A stretch of DNA of 64,000 bases, from positions 1 through 64,000 of the forward strand of contig ADNK01001639.1 in assembly GCA_000320545.1 (NCBI GenBank). The letters run 5' to 3'. The DNA comes from Bigelowiella natans CCMP2755 (Eukaryota > Protista > Cercozoa). Shown piece after piece: positions 1-14,972 of the stretch (its first letter is position 1; the number at the start of each line of letters is the position of its first letter). Both the position numbers and the translations under genes were made by a program. The notes beneath the pieces were generated by a model. That model saw only the letters and a list, made by a program, of their open reading frames with translations. It had not been told where the DNA came from and made no database searches.

Positions 1-569
1 CCTGCCATCGACGAGATATACGACAACGCAGTCAACTATGGGGGCCGACGTGACCTGAGGTGGGTTTCATTCTCGATGGATGATAACATCGCAATGCCAT
101 GATGAATCGATAAATTTTATCGTTGTACTCTCTCCTCCCTCCCGTCCCTTCCTCCCCACCCCCCCCCCCCCCCCCCCCCCTCTCTCTCCCTCTCTCTTCT
201 GTGTGTCTGTCTGCCTGTGTGTGTGTGCGTGTTTGTACAAGAACAATCCTTTGTGAGCTTTTCGAAATCATATCAGCATGTACTTATACTACTACTACTA
301 CGACTACTACTACTACTTACTACTACAAGCAGTTATAATACTCTATTCCTTTTCTCAAAACCGCCCCGCAGCTCGAGTGTAGCAGCAGCAAAGCAAGAAG
401 CATCAGCACTTCATCGCCAACCTTTTGTTTTGGTAGGTTCTCTTCCACCGCAATAAGACGGACGTCAAAATGACCGATATGAAACCCGCTGAGAAATGGG
501 ATCGGTAGTATATGATTGCTTTGATCGATGATTTCATGATTGGCTGACGGCGCAATCAATTACAATGAG

Positions 570-602
<33 letters not shown>

Positions 603-899
603 GGTGATTGTGATGACGATGATGATAGTAAGAATTGGCCCTTTTTTTGGCGCGACACTCACCAATAGATCAGATTCACTATTGATGTATAAAATCACAC
701 AATACACGATACTTAAATCTGCACACGCACACAGGGAAGATTTGATTCAGGACTTCGCAGCGGAACTTCTGCCCCAATTCGGTACTTAGAGTCAGCCATA
801 TGATGTCTTCGGAAACACAGCTATTTTTTTGAGTTTTGCCATAGTATGTTCCTCACTATCCTCCCCACCAGCACTTTCATCATCACCACCACCACCACC

Positions 900-932
<33 letters not shown>

Positions 933-1171
933 GATACGTCTATGCTAGGAATTCATGACTGGAAATCCGGGCCAAACCGCACCTTCACAAAGAAGCTGGG
1001 TCGCTATCGCAAGACCAACGTAACGAGGGAGAAAACGTACTACAGGAAGCCCACGCCAATATGGGAGGAGGGGCTGCTTAAGGTGAGATAAACACGCAGA
1101 TTGACAGAGGGAGGGGGGGAGAGGGAAAGATGCCTGCATGCGTTATATATGTTATAGCAGCTACACTGCAT

Positions 1172-1210
<39 letters not shown>

Positions 1211-2233
1211 CCTCTCTTCTTATTCTCGCGCTTAATCATTACATCGCATATAAGAGAGTGACTATCTTAACGGCGGTGTAGCATGATGACGATTGAGAAG
1301 CAAGAGTAGGAAGGAGGAGGAAGAAGAGAGGACATCATAATAAACTGACCGCAATCTCTCTGATCCCGTGTAGACATACGTAGATATACACGCATGCATA
1401 ATACACACATATGTGCATTCTCCACAGCTCAACGAAACACGAGGCAACCTTGAGTTAGAGCCGCCGACTCATCCGAAGGTAGGAAGGAGTAGAAGTACAT
1501 GATGCGTTTTCGAGTCTGTTTCAATGCTAAGCATTACGCCGGAGAGCTTTCTTGAGCTGTTTGCGGGGGGGGGGGTGGGAGGCTCTCGATCCACGATGAA
1601 TGATCTCACCCATTCCCTTGCCCCACCTGTAGGATCTGGAATGGTTGTCGTATGTGAACGAATCTGACATTATATTCAACGAGGCGCGGGAGAGGTAACA
1701 ATAGCCACTGCTACATGCACACCACCACCACCACCACCGCATCTTTCATCATCGTTAGCCTTTGGCATCACTTGAACAACAAGAACATCGCCATCGTCAT
1801 TAGGGCTAAGGCTCCTGGCCTGAAAACACTAGTGGCGGGCTTATTCAGTCGGCAAAAGAAGAGGAAGGATCAGAAAAATGAGGCAGAGGACGACGACAAC
1901 CACGTAGACCAGGTTGGTCCCAAGAGACTTCATCTATCTCTTCTCGGCTCTCCGGGGAGCCACATTTCATGAAAAATAACGATTTTAGCGATGAGACGTA
2001 GAACTTCTGCCTATCAGATCAGTTGTGATGATCATGCCGTCGAATCAGTGCTAACTGCTATTCCCCCCCCCTACTGTCGTTGTTATTCCGCTGTCGTTCA
2101 TTTCAAATATAGCAGCAAGAGAGACAACCTGCTGCTGCTCTCTAAGGATGATAGCGATGAACAAAAAGGGGATCTACTAGATCCTTTCTGGCAGCGAAGT
2201 GAAGAAATGTCGAGCCCAGCCCATTCAAGATAG
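1..2233 (+). CDS. 3' part of a multi-exon gene of unknown function (5' end outside the window)
   Basis: GT-AG bounded exons join in frame: ...VLFHRNKTDVKMTDMKPAEKWDR|EDLIQDFAAELLPQF|GIHDWKSGPNRTFTKKLGRYRK...WEEGLLK|DLEWLSYVNESDIIFNEARER|AKAPGLK...HVDQ|DDSDEQ...PAHSR* (TAG at 2231-2233). No recognisable domain. Confidence 0.6.
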
Positions 2234-3057
2234 ATGATTTGATTTCTGCGCTTAAGAGTATGAGTTCGTGCCACTTAGCGGTGTAGCCATTCCAGCATTG
2301 TGATGTTGTTTCTAAAAGGCTTAGTACAACCTCTTTTCTCCAAGGACGCCAATGTACACAATTTATGCGATTTTGATGATCCATCGAAATGATCTTACAA
2401 ACATGCTGCATCCTAGCTGGCCGTCCCCGTCAATGCATGCCATGGTAGCATGTGGTACGCTGTGGCGTAAACGCTCATCTGGACTGCTGCTGATCGATTG
2501 TGGCAGCCATCCCAGTGATACAGTTATTGTTGCCATGCATACAATCTAGCAATAACGCTGTTTTGTCTTTGTGCACATGCACGCATGGAGCGTATATGCC
2601 CAGCTAGCCAGCGGATTATTAAGCTGGCTAGCTGGTACAATGCTGTCACTCTAACACTACATTTTAGTAGAACATGGCTACTTATTATTGTTCGACAATC
2701 CATGATAGACATGTCTATTATCTCCTGGTGCTACGCCAGCAGTCGCATGTGCACCACACGTGCACGGCTACAACCCCAAGATGTACATGTGTAGTAGCGG
2801 TTACCCACATAGCACAATTCGATTCCTATAACTTAGCTCATGCCGCATGGAGCACATCGATTATGTTGTCGATCATGCCGGACATGCATGAGTCATATCT
2901 AGTAGACGAAGTGCACGCGCTGTGTGACGATGATGACCCAACGCTACTTGACTAGCCACCGCGCCATCGTCGGCATGAAGTGTGTTGCGTGTGTCTAGGC
3001 GTAAATGTAGCATACAGCCGACTTACAGCCCCCATTCACACTGCCGGATTCTCTTCA

Positions 3058-3266
3058 TTACATAAAAGGAGGTGTGAAAAACCAATCGGGTCCATTGTTA
3101 CTGCTATCTGGGCCTACCCCATCCGGAAACGGCGACGGTAGCCAATCTGGCCTCGGCACTGGCGAGAAAGGGGTGGGGTAAGGACGGCGAGGAGCAGCTG
3201 GAGGGGGAATGAAGTAGGGGAACGGGAACAATGGCCGTCGAGGATTACGGCCTGCGTACGATGAAA

Positions 3267-3335
<69 letters not shown>

Positions 3336-3714
3336 GAATTAATAATAATAATCATCATCATCATCTTCTTCTTCATTTCCTATTTCATATCTACAAGCCC
3401 TCTCCCTCTTCCCCTCCCCCTCCTACTCCTCCTCACACCACCACTCTTCTTCGACGCAGTGCGTGTTACCGGGGAGGAGAGGGAAAATAGGGAGAGGAAA
3501 CGAGCCTCTTGGAAGAGGAATAGAACCCCGAGACTGACGACGATTTCGCGCAGCTTCATCCGCAAGATACTGACGAAATTCCTCCTACGCAGAGGCGGTG
3601 ATGGGATGAATTCAAATGCCGATTAAGTACCATCGGAAGGGACGAGGAGATGGGGAAGACGTCATTCAGGCACAGCTTCGGCTTCTTCACCAGATGTATT
3701 ATGCTCTTTGCTAG

Positions 3715-3749
<35 letters not shown>

Positions 3750-4644
3750 CCATCATCCTTCTTCACACCTTCCAATCCACACTAAGACCGCTGCTTCCTC
3801 CCAACGCCTAAACGATTCATTTTCAGGCGCGAAACGAGTATTATGTGCCGCAGTGCGGGTGATGGCGGATGGATGGCGACGAAAGCAGCAGCGACCCTGG
3901 ACGATGGTGGCATGCAAGCTCCAGAGATATAAATCGGTGATGAACATACGGGAGGTAGTTGAAGGGTTCTTCTCTCGTGTTGCCACTATCGTACGTGTAT
4001 TACATTTCTAAGCACTGAGACTCCGAAGTGTCGTGCGAAGAGCGTTCGCCATATCGTCACCGAGCGCATCGTAAGAGAGAAGTAACGGCTGCAAGCGGAT
4101 ATTCATGCATTTAGAGTGTGGGTCATGTGTGTATGTGTGTGTGTGTGTGTGTTGTGCGCTTTGTGATATAAATAAATAATATATATATATATATATATAT
4201 ATATTATACAGTGCTGCAGTGTTTGTTTCACACACAGCAGCGAGGCCACAGCATACAACACACGTGAGGACAGAAGTTGGGTATTATCTCGTCACCATAC
4301 TGCCGACATCCTACACACTTCCTTGTATCCTGAGAAGTTAAAAATCACGACGAATCAAAACACGAAGAATAGGAGATAGCTGTGGTCATCGCTGTTTGCC
4401 GTGGTAGTCATTGACGAAGTTGTTGCTGTGTAAATGCTGAAATCAACACTGATGGTGGTTCTGATGAGATGATGCTACTAGCATAGGATGGCGCGACAAC
4501 CTAGGAAATTCGTTATTTTGAAGAGAAGATGTTTGGGCAAGTAATCCATCCTGAAACTATTGGTGCAGCAGGGCAACACATCAAAGCGAACGATGACCGG
4601 CGAGCACGCACGTACGCAGCGTAATTGTGGGTATTTTGTGTTAC

Positions 4645-4675
<31 letters not shown>

Positions 4676-6088
4676 GTGCGTGCGTGCGTGTGTGGGCGAG
4701 CGATTGTTGTTCTTCCCGATGTAGTATCCTCTTCTCCTCCTCCTTCTCTCTCTCTCTCTCTCTCTCTCTCCCCCCCCCCCAACCCCCTTTCCTTTTCCTC
4801 TCCCTCCTCACCAATAATGGTCTATATGCATGCACAGGCAGTTTTTTTCTTTTGCCCCCCCTTCTTCACGATGTTGCCCACTTCTATCAAAACACCTGTT
4901 GTTCTCGCTAAGAGTAGGAATGATAATGCCGTTTCGAACGGACGACAGGAGTGAGGGTATGGCAACTAGACTAACACTGCTGCTGCTGCTGCTGCTGTTA
5001 TTGTCGCTGCCTAAATAAGCAAGAGGCAGGGCAAGGAGGACGTTTAGATAAAGGCGATGATATTCATTAGCGATTTGAACAGGTTGCATGGTGTACCATC
5101 ATCCCCACCATCGACAACAACAATAATAATCATCACCAAACATCATCATCAAACATCCGCATGCGATTGCATGCTCTCCTTGATACCGTCTCTATGAGAA
5201 GAGATGAAGGTGCTGATTTTAAGCGAGATGGTGAATGAGATACCTGGGAGTTGGAGTAAGCAAGACATTCAAAGAACAATTAATAACAGCAACAATAACA
5301 ATGGCAAATTATCTCGTCGTCGTCATCATCATCATCATCATCGTTATTATCGTGAGCGAGCAGCACCTCTCGAAAGAGGCGCAACAAAAGCTGTCAAGAC
5401 TAGAAGATCTCGGGAGATAAACGGCGTCATCAGCACATGCACCTTTCGACCGCCGAAATGGATGTACCTACACAGACAAGTGTTTGTGCATTGTTTAAAT
5501 TAGCACAATCGCTACAGCGCAAAAGTAGCAGGAGGAGGGGCATTGCAGTCTCTCATGTTATTAGCAATGGACGAGAAGAATAATTGCCCCTCTCCTTGAT
5601 CCACCTTCCCCCCCCTCCATTTTTTACCTCAGGCGATAGCATTCAACTTCATCCTAAGCATTCACAGTAGCAGCAGAGGAAGAGGAAGGAGCAGCATCAT
5701 CCCGAAAGAATATCAAGAAACAGTAATAATAACAATAATAACAATGTGCGTGGAAAGTTGTCTTAGGACTCGAAGAATGAATAATTGCACACCAATAGCT
5801 GCAGTAACATACTGCCATCCACACCGGCAACTACTTTCTCCATCCCCCTTGGGTCCCTTCTATTCTTACCGTCTCGTTCTTTCCTTGTGCGGTGTTGTCG
5901 TTGTTGTTGTTGTTGCTGCTGCTGGTGCTGCTGCTGCTGGCACTCGTTTTTCTTCGTTTTCTTGTTCTTCGCCATGCTCTTACACCGCCGTTCTCCTCGT
6001 CAAACAGTGGTGCTAGCACCTGCAGATAGAGAGGAAGCAATCGTGTGGTACATGGTAGCTGTGTGCTGCCCTCATTACCATGTCTTCT

Positions 6089-6131
<43 letters not shown>

Positions 6132-6496
6132 CTCTTGTTCTGCTCCTCACAATGTTCAGGATCTATCGTTGTCGCGTCTATTCGCTTGTATCCAACAGCA
6201 GCGTAGTACCCCTTTGTTGTATGCTGCTCTCATCGATTTCTTCTTCTCCTCCCCCTTCTTCTCTGTCTTCTTCCGAGTCTGGTCGATTTTCATCTCTTCT
6301 TTGCCACCACCACCACCAGCATGGGAACCCTCCGTGTCTAACTGCAGCAGGGAGAATCTGGGGGGCGAAACAGCGACATAATCATGACTTATAGAGGTAC
6401 AGTAGATGTGTAAGGATGATGATGATAATGATGATGACAACAAAGTAGCAGCAGTAGCAGCAGACTTACAACGACGTTTGAAGTAGTGCTAATAAC

Positions 6497-6528
<32 letters not shown>

Positions 6529-6669
6529 TAGTGGTAGCTTAGTAGTAGCAGTACCCCTCGATAGCAAATATAGCGTGAATTGAAATCGCAAGATTATCCG
6601 AGTCAATCGGCATCATCACAGCATTTTGACCTTTTTGAGGGGATTGTGGTTGTGGTGATGGTGATGGCA

Positions 6670-6708
<39 letters not shown>

Positions 6709-7572
6709 GTGAGGATGAATGGATTATGGTGATTCCGTGATAATGACGACGTTCGAAGCAAGAAATACAGTAAAATATTGCTACTATTTAGTTTAACATT
6801 TCTCCTCGCCGAGTGTGGTAAGACGAAGAACAAAAAGAACCAGCGAGCATACCCGAAAGCATCTGCTCACATCCGATCTGCATCAGCCTTTGCACAATTT
6901 ATCATCACAGAAAACCGAAGAGGGGAGAGGAATGAAAGGAGATGAAGAGGAATCGACGATGGCTACTATACTACAAATGCGAAAATTAAAATACTGCATT
7001 GGGTGAGCCAGTCAATGTGTTTGCTTTCTATATTTGCTAATATTAATACTTGAAATACACGGTGACTACAATCAGATGTCCGTCGTATACACCACCTCGA
7101 GGAGTCCATGTGCAACGAGAGGAACGACACCGCGCGCCTTATAACTGGTTCCCTTATTCGCCGTACGATTTCTTTCCTGACCTTTAGCAGGGCCTCTGCG
7201 GGGAAAAAAGCCGCGAGGCCTTCGCACACAAGAACAGAAAATTGAACAAATACGTGCTATTTCTTTTCCAAAGAATTGCTGCCCCCCCCCCCCCCCCTCC
7301 CTTCCCCCCGCCCACTATTCCTGATATATATGTTTAGGGTCATCATTATCCTACTCAATTGCTAATGCTGATGTCCTCACCTTTAGTGAATTTTGGTTGC
7401 ATTGACACCTCCTCTCCTCCTCCTCCTCCTCCTCCTCCTCCTCCTCCTCCTCTCCTTTTCGAAGACGAGGGCCAAACCGAGGCGGAAATTCCCGCACGGG
7501 TGCTCGGAGTCAGCAATAAGTCCAACGCCAACTATGAAGGGGGCAGAGAAAGAGAAGAAGAGAAGACACAAG

Positions 7573-7617
<45 letters not shown>

Positions 7618-7859
7618 AGGGTGTGTGTTTAGTAATTGTTAGCGGCAACATGCCCAGGAAAGACATGGACTAATCGCTATGTGGGTTGATGAACATCACC
7701 ACCATCACTACTTTCACCTTCGCCATCATTATAATCAGCATTGTTACACGTCGGTACATTTGCATATTTATGATTACTTCCATTGAATCCACTACGGCCC
7801 GTCGGCCAGTCTCATCAGATTCTATCTCCCAAATCTCTTCTTCGGCACTCTCGTTCTCG

Positions 7860-7896
<37 letters not shown>

Positions 7897-9565
7897 GCTG
7901 TAGTGGCTTTGCAGCCGCGGAACGTGATGGCGATGACGACGATGGCGACGACAATGAAGATGGCGTTGTCGTGGATCCTGCTCCTCTCCTTCTTCGCCCA
8001 GAGGGACGGTGAAGAGCCGTGATTATTACCACTGAACTTCCAATCGCCACCAGCTTAGCTTGGACCCTTCAGAAGTAAGCATGATGATGATGATGGTAAT
8101 GAAGATTGTGTGCGTAATATGATACTCGCTCTCAGCCGAAAGAAACAGAACTCACAGAGGAGGTGTGTATCTTTGCTGTAACGCAGTAGTAAAAAAACAT
8201 GATCTAGCAGCTGAGTCTTTTCTGTTCGCGAGAAGACGCTTCTATCTCCATTCATTTTCATCATCATCATCATCATCATACGTCACAAACCACACTTATT
8301 TTTCTTCCTCCTCTTCTTCTTCGTATACCTCAATGGGAATATATCTTTCATACTGTACGTCTTTCTGAGCATGCCCTAGTGACAAGGAGGAGCGTTATAG
8401 CCATTTCATAAATACGAGTTAATCGCCCCACTGCCAACGCTCCATTGATAGAAATCATGCAAGAACAAGATTGAACGCCTAACCCCCCCCCCCCCTCCTC
8501 CCTCAATTTTAAAAAAAAGGGGGGAAAAAAAAATTTTCTCCCCCCCCCCCCCCCCCCCCCCCCCCTCCTTTCCCTAAAAAATATAAAATAAACCAGCGTA
8601 TTATGCGTCGAATGTTTCAGGTGGAACTTTCATGTTGTTATATTACCAACCGCCCCTGGAATGACTCAGATATCTCTTCAAATCTTTGGTGATGATGATT
8701 GCATTCCGACCACGGTAATGGAATGGGAGGGGGGGGGGGAAGCAGGAAGACATGAGCATATTGCACTACCACACTTTAGAAATTGAGCACTACTATGAAG
8801 AACAACATCAAATAATACGCAGTTGCAGAGGCCACACTTTGAGCGTATGTAAAAGTCATGCATGCCAGATGATACAGCAGCACACAACATCTAAAGCAGA
8901 AGGAAAGATTCGGTTGATGCAGAGGTCACATCGAGAGTCATGATAACTACAAAGGCATGCACAACGCCTAAAAGAAACACTTCTCTGACACGAATGCACA
9001 AAAAGCTATCAGTCGGTACCCCAATGAAGCAAACACGGCGTCGCAGCCCCAGAGCGCCTGATTGTTTTTGTGTACCGTCCATTATTGTAGTAGCCGTGGT
9101 GCGCGGAGGGGCGGAGGGGGAGGGCGGGGTTGCAGAGAGCGACAGAGAGGTAGAAAACGAGTGGCAGAGAAATATCCGCATCTTCACCGCTCATGCACTC
9201 CTCTACTATCACAACGACTATCACCACCACTACTACTACAACTACTTCTTCTACTACTACCAAATGCGTCGCCGATTGTATGATTGGCCTCGTCGTGTCG
9301 TAGAGCTTCCTCACGAACTCGGACAAGTCCTTGGCGCCAACCGCTGCTGGTATATGGCGAGTGTCATTTGTTTAGGCCGTTCTTGTTGCAGCGGAATACG
9401 AGTATCGAGCGAATGGGGAGGAGAAGGGGGGAGGGGAAGCAGGAAACACGCAGGACAATGGCCATGGCCGACACAAATGCGGTGATTATGCTACGCGTCC
9501 TTTGTTTACTCCTCCCACAAAAGAGAGAGGTGTAGTAATAAAGCGGAGAGATAGATAGACTAAGT

Positions 9566-9610
<45 letters not shown>

Positions 9611-11258
9611 GCGATGATTATGGACGGTGAAATAGTACACTGGACGTGCATTACACCTAGATCTGTAGATGAGATTGCCTTTGATGATGATGATGATGCC
9701 TTTTCCCCTACAGCCGTATCCTTTCGCTTTTCCTCCTTCTCCTCCTTCGGCACTGTCATCGTCTCTTTCCTCTTCTCCTCCTCCTTCTTCGTCGTCCTAG
9801 CTGTCATGGAGTCCACTAGAATAGCGACTGCTGCATCAACCTCACCATTCGAAGCTTCCAAGCATGCTAAGTTCGCTCTGCGTACGATTATTTGTGCGGG
9901 CGTGCAATGTGTTAGAAGAAGAAGAAGAAGAAGAAGAAGAAGGCGAGTGTGCAATGAGACTGATCCTCATTCATCATCATCATCAGTAGGAAGTTGTATT
10001 TACCCCCCCTGCTAGTTAATCAGAATCTGGCATCACCTGCGGAAGAACACCTAGTCTACTGCTGCCCTACCCTTTCTATATATGGCAACAGAAACCGCAA
10101 TTTCTCCCCTCGGAAATCCCCTACATTTTCACCAGTTCTTTCAGAGAGCACGAATTACTTTGGATCGGAGAAGCCCATGCTCGCAAGCGCGGCAAGTTGC
10201 CTGGCATATTTCCCGGTTGAATGTTGAGTTCTGACGTCTTGCGTTCCTCCTCGACGGCCATGCTTGGAATCACCTATGTTTTGGCTGCTGCTGCTGCCGC
10301 CACGACTCCCCTTGCCTTCGCGGTTGCCTTGTGACGACGTTAAGATCCTTGATGTAGTATGAATATTTTGGGAAATTAGCGTGCATGATGTTTTCTCTAG
10401 AAAAAAGAGTGTGGATAGAGCAAGCAATATCCACTTTATGTCCCCCCTTGTTGTCGCATGCTTGCTTAGAAGTACAGTTGAGTGCCGCGAAGATATAATA
10501 ATCTTTCCAGAGCGAAGTGAAAGAGGAAGGAAGAAATACTACACGATCATGAATCAACACGTTCAGTACCCATCGTCCTGATACGGGTTGAAGACCTCGT
10601 CCTGGAAGAAGAATCATGCCAACTTTAAGGTTATGCTGTTTGCTGCAATCTTCGTATGTGGTTGTGAGGATGTGTTGGGGTTAGGGGAGCAGAAAGTGCG
10701 CAGCCAACATAGCTGATGATCTCGTAGTACCGATTCTAGTGGGTTGTCATCCGGGTTGAAGCCTGGGGGCGGCACCTGCTTTCCACATATGTGCGTGCGT
10801 GCTTGTGCGTGGTCCCATTTTTTTTAATTCGAACTCGATTGCATTTTCAACCGTCTACTGTTGTACTTCTGCAGCCAACACAAGTGCATCCGCGGCGGTG
10901 GTGTATGGCGTATCGTGCCTGAAGATTACCTGTCTTAGTGAGTCCGGGTTAGCAAGCTTGGTCTTCTTTGCCCGGTTGTAAAGCACTCGGAAGCGGCCAT
11001 CTATTCACAAAACAGAGAAGAAGGTTCAAAGAAAAACATAAATGATGAACGGTGCGGGTATCATGATCAGATGTCTTCCTCTATAGCCCAATCTCCGCCC
11101 CCTCCATGTAACATTCCTGGTTGAACGAAACACTTTCGGAAATGCGTGGAGGTAGTACAGGCACGAGAAATCTATGCACTCTTTGGTAGGGTCGACACAT
11201 ACGTAATCTAATAATACACGAGGTATGTATTTGTGTGCGTGTGGGGGAGAGAGAGAAG

Positions 11259-11305
<47 letters not shown>

Positions 11306-11535
11306 AAGAGCACCCTCGAGGACTTCGATGATCTGCCCGTCGTCATACCATCGCTGAGTTTATTGGAAGATGCAAAAGTCTGAGGATTCTCACAACTTGA
11401 TTCAATGAGAAGAGACGACAAATAGAGACGTCGAATACAGTACAGAAAATCTCAGACCTTCTTCTTTTTGTTGAAAACAGAGACGCGATCGCCTTCCTTC
11501 CATGTCGGAACTGTGTCCTCTTTTTCGTCTGCCAT
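3058..11535 (-). CDS. F-box protein, FBXO7/PI31-like, with N-terminal Tudor/Agenet-like and UBA domains and a C-terminal Pro-rich tail (could be two genes)
   Basis: ATG at 11535: MADEKEDTVPTWKEGDRVSVFNKKKK|RWYDDGQIIEVLE|DGRFRVLYNRAKKTKLANPDSLRQ (Tudor/Agenet-like). UBA: YARQLAALASMGFSDPK|ANLACLEASNGEVDAAVAILV (~10200-9810). F-box: MDYLPKHLLFKITNFL|GYKEVCRMSAVC|RYFSLTMRSVTIWRTLFARHFG (~4555-4010). Pro-rich end GRNPRRPLFPFPYFIPPPAAPRRPYP...PPFM* at 3058. Middle exons (5-9 kb) only partly resolved. Confidence 0.7.
3269..3332 (+). repeat. Compound (CA)n(GA)n microsatellite, representative of the many intronic SSRs in the window (AG, AC, AT, ATC, AGT, ACC, AAC, AGC, poly-C)
   Basis: Directly visible. 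Similar tracts at e.g. 1177-1208, 12555-12591, 12602-12643, 31983-32040 and 61677-61745. Confidence 0.9.
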
Positions 11536-11829
11536 TTTTCTTCCCACCGGCGGCTGCCTGATACTAGTAGCTGGTGACGATTCGTACTCGCAAAGGGTTA
11601 GCTACCAAATAGCGTGGAATCTGCGGTGATTTAATCCACAGCTCTCTCAATGTAGGTCGAAGGAGAGCTTTGAAGTGTGCTCGGAAGTCCTTGTTCTCAT
11701 GCACTTCCGTTCTGTTCTTGTTCTAATTCTCCTTTTAGATAAATTCTATTCCCTATCATATCCTATGCATACGCTACATTTTAAATCAAACATTCGATGT
11801 TTCTACAAAAACAACCGAAGGACGACCTA
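11536..11829. promoter_or_regulatory. Putative bidirectional promoter region (~295 bp) between divergent ATGs
   Basis: Inferred starts at 11535 (-) and 11830 (+) face away from each other. The spacer is microsatellite-free. Confidence 0.45.
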
Positions 11830-12551
11830 ATGAGAGCGAACTCCGCTAGGATGTTTTCAGCTTGCTTTCTGGTCTTTCTCTTTTTCGTATGGTAATGACT
11901 CAAGAATACCTGTCGTATTCGAGAAACGCCCTGTGTCTCTCTTAGAAATCGGAATCAAAATTCGGATTGGAATCTTCGGCTCGGCCCCCCCTGATATTTT
12001 GACACGAGCGCATCTGCCCTTCCCAGCTTAGAGCACATCGATCATGTCATATCTTATACTCAAGAAGCAAAAAGAGAAGGGCTCCCTCGACATTATGTTG
12101 CAGGGAATTGTGCCGCCCAAACTGGTCAAGGCGATACAGGTTTTATGGCATGCTGGCCATCTCGTTTATGCCTCCCCATCTCACACACAACATCTTCATC
12201 ACCAAATAGATTCGCCTAGCAAAATTCAAGCAGAACTTCAAAGCGCTAGCTCCTATGATACCGATGCTTCGAGTGGAGAAAGGATACTGGTACACCCGTG
12301 CATACATGTACAAGAATTGACCCTGTGTTGTTTTCGAAAAGGATGATTTCCTCATGACGGGTCGATTTTTTCAAAACTAATTGTCAGGTGCTTTAAGTCC
12401 CAAGTCCCTGCCTTCCACCATGGGAACATCGTCATATCTTGTTTCCTCGAGGCTGTGGAGGAATGCGGCTTCAAGCCACTCAGCTCTTACGAGTAGTGCT
12501 GTAGTAGCCTTAGCTACAGAAATTGCTATTTTAAGACACACGCTATAAAAG

Positions 12552-12593
<42 letters not shown>

Positions 12594-12600
12594 TTTATGT

Positions 12601-12647
<47 letters not shown>

Positions 12648-14119
12648 GAGAGGGAGAGTAACTAACATCGGCTCGTATGTTCTTGAATATCCTAGTGCAC
12701 CATCGATCTCGCATATAACATATTCGCAACGATATAATACGATATCAGCGTGGCCACCAAGTTCGTTCCTAGCGATTGTACCCTGTTCAAGACGGAGGAA
12801 AAGGCTAGGAAACAAACACAATAATGCAAAATAATAGTGATATCACTAACGTTTCCTCTCGCTCAGAATCTCACACATTGCATCCCTGAAGGGGTGGGCG
12901 AAGAAGTTGGAGGAGATTTCAAGGAAGTTAGTCTTTACATCGTAACGAGATCCTCTACTTTCGAAAGTAAACTTATTCCTGCAACACCCCCCCCCTCTCG
13001 ATCGTCCTTTGTAGGCGAAACTCAATCCCATCAGTTCTGTAGAGCTGAAGCCGGAAACGACTATTCCTCTTGCTGGGGTAAGCGTTGTTGAGAACAAAAA
13101 GCACAAGAGCAGCACGCATGATCGTCGGGGAAGAAAATCCCCATGCAGTATAGAGGGAGGAGGAGGAGGAGAAGTAGTAGTAGACTCTGCAGTAGCGCAC
13201 CCAGTACTGAGACTCATGTTGCAATTATGAAATGTTTGCAGTTGGTGGAGATGAGTGAAGGGAAAATTGTCTTTGGCGTAGGATGGGGCCAGGTTGTTCG
13301 ACGAGATCTCTAAAATCGTTACTTAGCACATCGTCATTATCATTATCGTCGCACCCACCTTAACCATCATCACACAAGCAACGAGTTATACGCAACATAT
13401 TTTCCAAAGACGCGGGAGCGGGAGTCGACTACCGTATTTTAAAATTTATTCTCCAACTTGAAGCCTTCCCATGAGACACATCGCCGACGATTGTAGAGCA
13501 GCACAGAATGCTGCCATCGTTGTCTTTTCCTAGAAGAGCCACAACCATTCCATCAAGCGAACTTCCATTTGCCGTCATCATACGTCCGTACCATGATAGG
13601 CCCCGGACAAGACAGCGAAGATGCTGGGCTTGTCGCATAACGTGGACATCGATTTGGTGGGTGCTTCTGCTTCTGCTGCTGCTTCTGCTGCTATTACTAC
13701 AGCAGGACTATGATCCTACACTACCTTACTTCCACCTCCCTGACCGTTTTGTTGTTGTCTTCTCTCCCCCCCTCCTCCTCCTTTCGTGCTGATGATTAGA
13801 TTCTTTACGTGTGCAACAAATACGGTGAGGTAATCAAGCTTCTCTCGCCCAAGGTCGGAGGCATCGATGATGCTGCTTGATGATGATGATGCTGCTGCGT
13901 AGGAAATGAAATAGACTGGCCTGCTTTTGCTGAAAGAAGAAGAAGAAGAGGAGGATTAGCGAAATACATAGAAATGCGCACGCAGTGCACACGCACACAC
14001 AACACACCCCCACACACACACGCACGCCCACATACACACACTATAACCTCATGTGCAGGGCGAGCGCCAGCTGAACAAAAAGGGGCGCGCAGGAGGGGTA
14101 AAATTATATGTGTCCTTAT

Positions 14120-14156
<37 letters not shown>

Positions 14157-14503
14157 TGATGATTTTAATGGTTAACTTGACGTATTGCTGTTTTATGTTA
14201 TTTTCTCATTCATAATACGCCTATACCATCTCACCGCCGCAACAAAAAACATGTACAGTATTGCCATCATGATCATCATCATGATCATCATCATCGTCAT
14301 CATCGTCATCATCACCATCATCATCATCATGGTCCAACACTTCTGCTCATAAGGTTAACCGGTACGGAGGAGTAATGGTAAGTCTCGACTGTCGCGAAGG
14401 CGAGAGGGAATGGGACGACGAAAGGTCATAACAGCACAAGTAGAAGTAGTGCTAGTAGTAGTAGTAGTAGCATATGTATAATAATACGATGCCGACACAC
14501 TCA

Positions 14504-14546
<43 letters not shown>

Positions 14547-14936
14547 ACACACACACAAACACACTGATGGTGGTGGTGATCTGTAATGCTTTCAGATTTG
14601 TCTTTGAGCCAGCAAAGCTGCCCCCTTACGTCCACTCCGTGGTAGGTGCTAGGCTTGCTGATATTGTTGCAATGACTTCCCACGCAAAACACCCGTGTAG
14701 TGTATTAATGCTTTCTGGACAAAATGCAGGTGATTTGTCTTCAAATCCAATCCGGAGCGCGTTCCTTCAGGGAGGTATTCGATGTCCACTTGAGGTACGC
14801 GAACGCGGACGCGGACGAATCAAATATAGATGCGATTATATTATATTTGTAATAAAAACATTAATGGAGGGGAGAGACTCGCTGCCCCTGTCAAAGCGGC
14901 GCCCGTCGTAATGACCATTTTCGTTCACCGCTCATT

Positions 14937-14972
<36 letters not shown>

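Noticed and set aside
736-843. Apparent in-frame TGA (SAI*CLRKHSYFFEFCH) suggesting selenocysteine or an MRH domain, or an in-frame TAG suggesting recoding
   Set aside because: A standard GT donor at ~782 gives a stop-free spliced frame (…LLPQF|GIHDWK…). All other genes use the standard code.
8483-8590. Cluster of poly-C/poly-A/poly-G/poly-T runs resembling a structured element or G-quadruplex
   Set aside because: It looks like low-quality base calling around long poly-C tracts. No defined repeat unit or termini.
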